A stretch of 64,000 nucleotides of DNA from Leucoraja ocellata (lineage: Eukaryota), in assembly GCA_036785375.1 (NCBI GenBank), contig JAWMAR010000775.1:62001-126000 (forward strand). The letters run 5' to 3'. Made by a program: the position numbers and the translations under genes. Shown piece by piece: positions 63,538 through 64,000 of the stretch. Numbering within the stretch: position 1 is the first letter of the stretch; each line of letters opens with the position of its first letter. Under the pieces are notes generated by a model. The model saw nothing but the letters and a program-made list of their open reading frames with translations. It did no database searches and was not told the origin of the DNA.

Positions 63538-64000
63538 TTAAGCGTATTTGCCAGCATCTCTGGGAAAGGCGTTTTGAAAGAGGTGATTTTTTTTTAGGAA
63601 TCTAACAACAGTAGGGAATGTTGGAAAACTGGGATTTCAAGTTCCTATATCTTATCCCAGAAGGTAGAGGAGAGAAAAGGTAATGGGCTTTTCTCTTAGG
63701 CTTAGGCTTGTGTTTCTTTTCCCATAAAGCCAGTCTGGTTGCTTGAGGAGACTGTGACAGTGGCTGGACTGTGTGGGGGAAGCTCTTCCTCGACTGTTGG
63801 GGCTGGGTGATGGGAGTGACAGGAATACCTACTGTATCTCCGGAGACTACTAGAGTGACATATTGCGTTCCTGTGGTGTTTTGCCCATATTGTCATCACA
63901 GTTCAGTCATCAGGAGAACTCTACGCCTGTCCCACTTGGGCGTCATTTGCACGTCATTTATGTGACAGGCCAGTAGTGACTGACGTGTGACAGTCGCACG

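Noticed and set aside
33016-64000. Next DNTT exon (G..GHDVDFLIT)
   Set aside because: I checked catgat/catgac-type sites (for example near 39912 and 51064) and none translates to the motif with splice sites; it probably lies beyond the window.

Overview
Eukaryotic, repeat-dense vertebrate DNA. The repeat families and the protein point to a cartilaginous fish, probably a skate or ray (inference). The only host coding sequence I can support is four internal + strand exons (171, 72, 124 and 133 bp, GT-AG, phases compatible) of an X-family polymerase best matching terminal deoxynucleotidyl transferase (DNTT), equivalent to exons 4-7. The rest is intronic and packed with mobile elements: four DIRS1-type tyrosine-recombinase retrotransposons (complete termini, ICR, decayed ORFs, all antisense to DNTT, all bounded by AAT); CR1, L2, Rex/Babar-like and Tx1-like LINE fragments; tRNA-derived SINEs; PIF/Harbinger-type MITEs; a hAT-like element; a solo LTR; and many short Penelope-derived insertions. 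The Penelope-derived insertions carry a minimal hammerhead-ribozyme-like core, fold-back structure and 7-15 bp TSDs. There is a 200-N assembly gap. Most ORFs in the supplied track are spurious or are transposon debris. No prokaryotic-type system (CRISPR, operon) is present. The best leads are the hammerhead-like cassettes and the DIRS terminal, splice-signal and target-site features.
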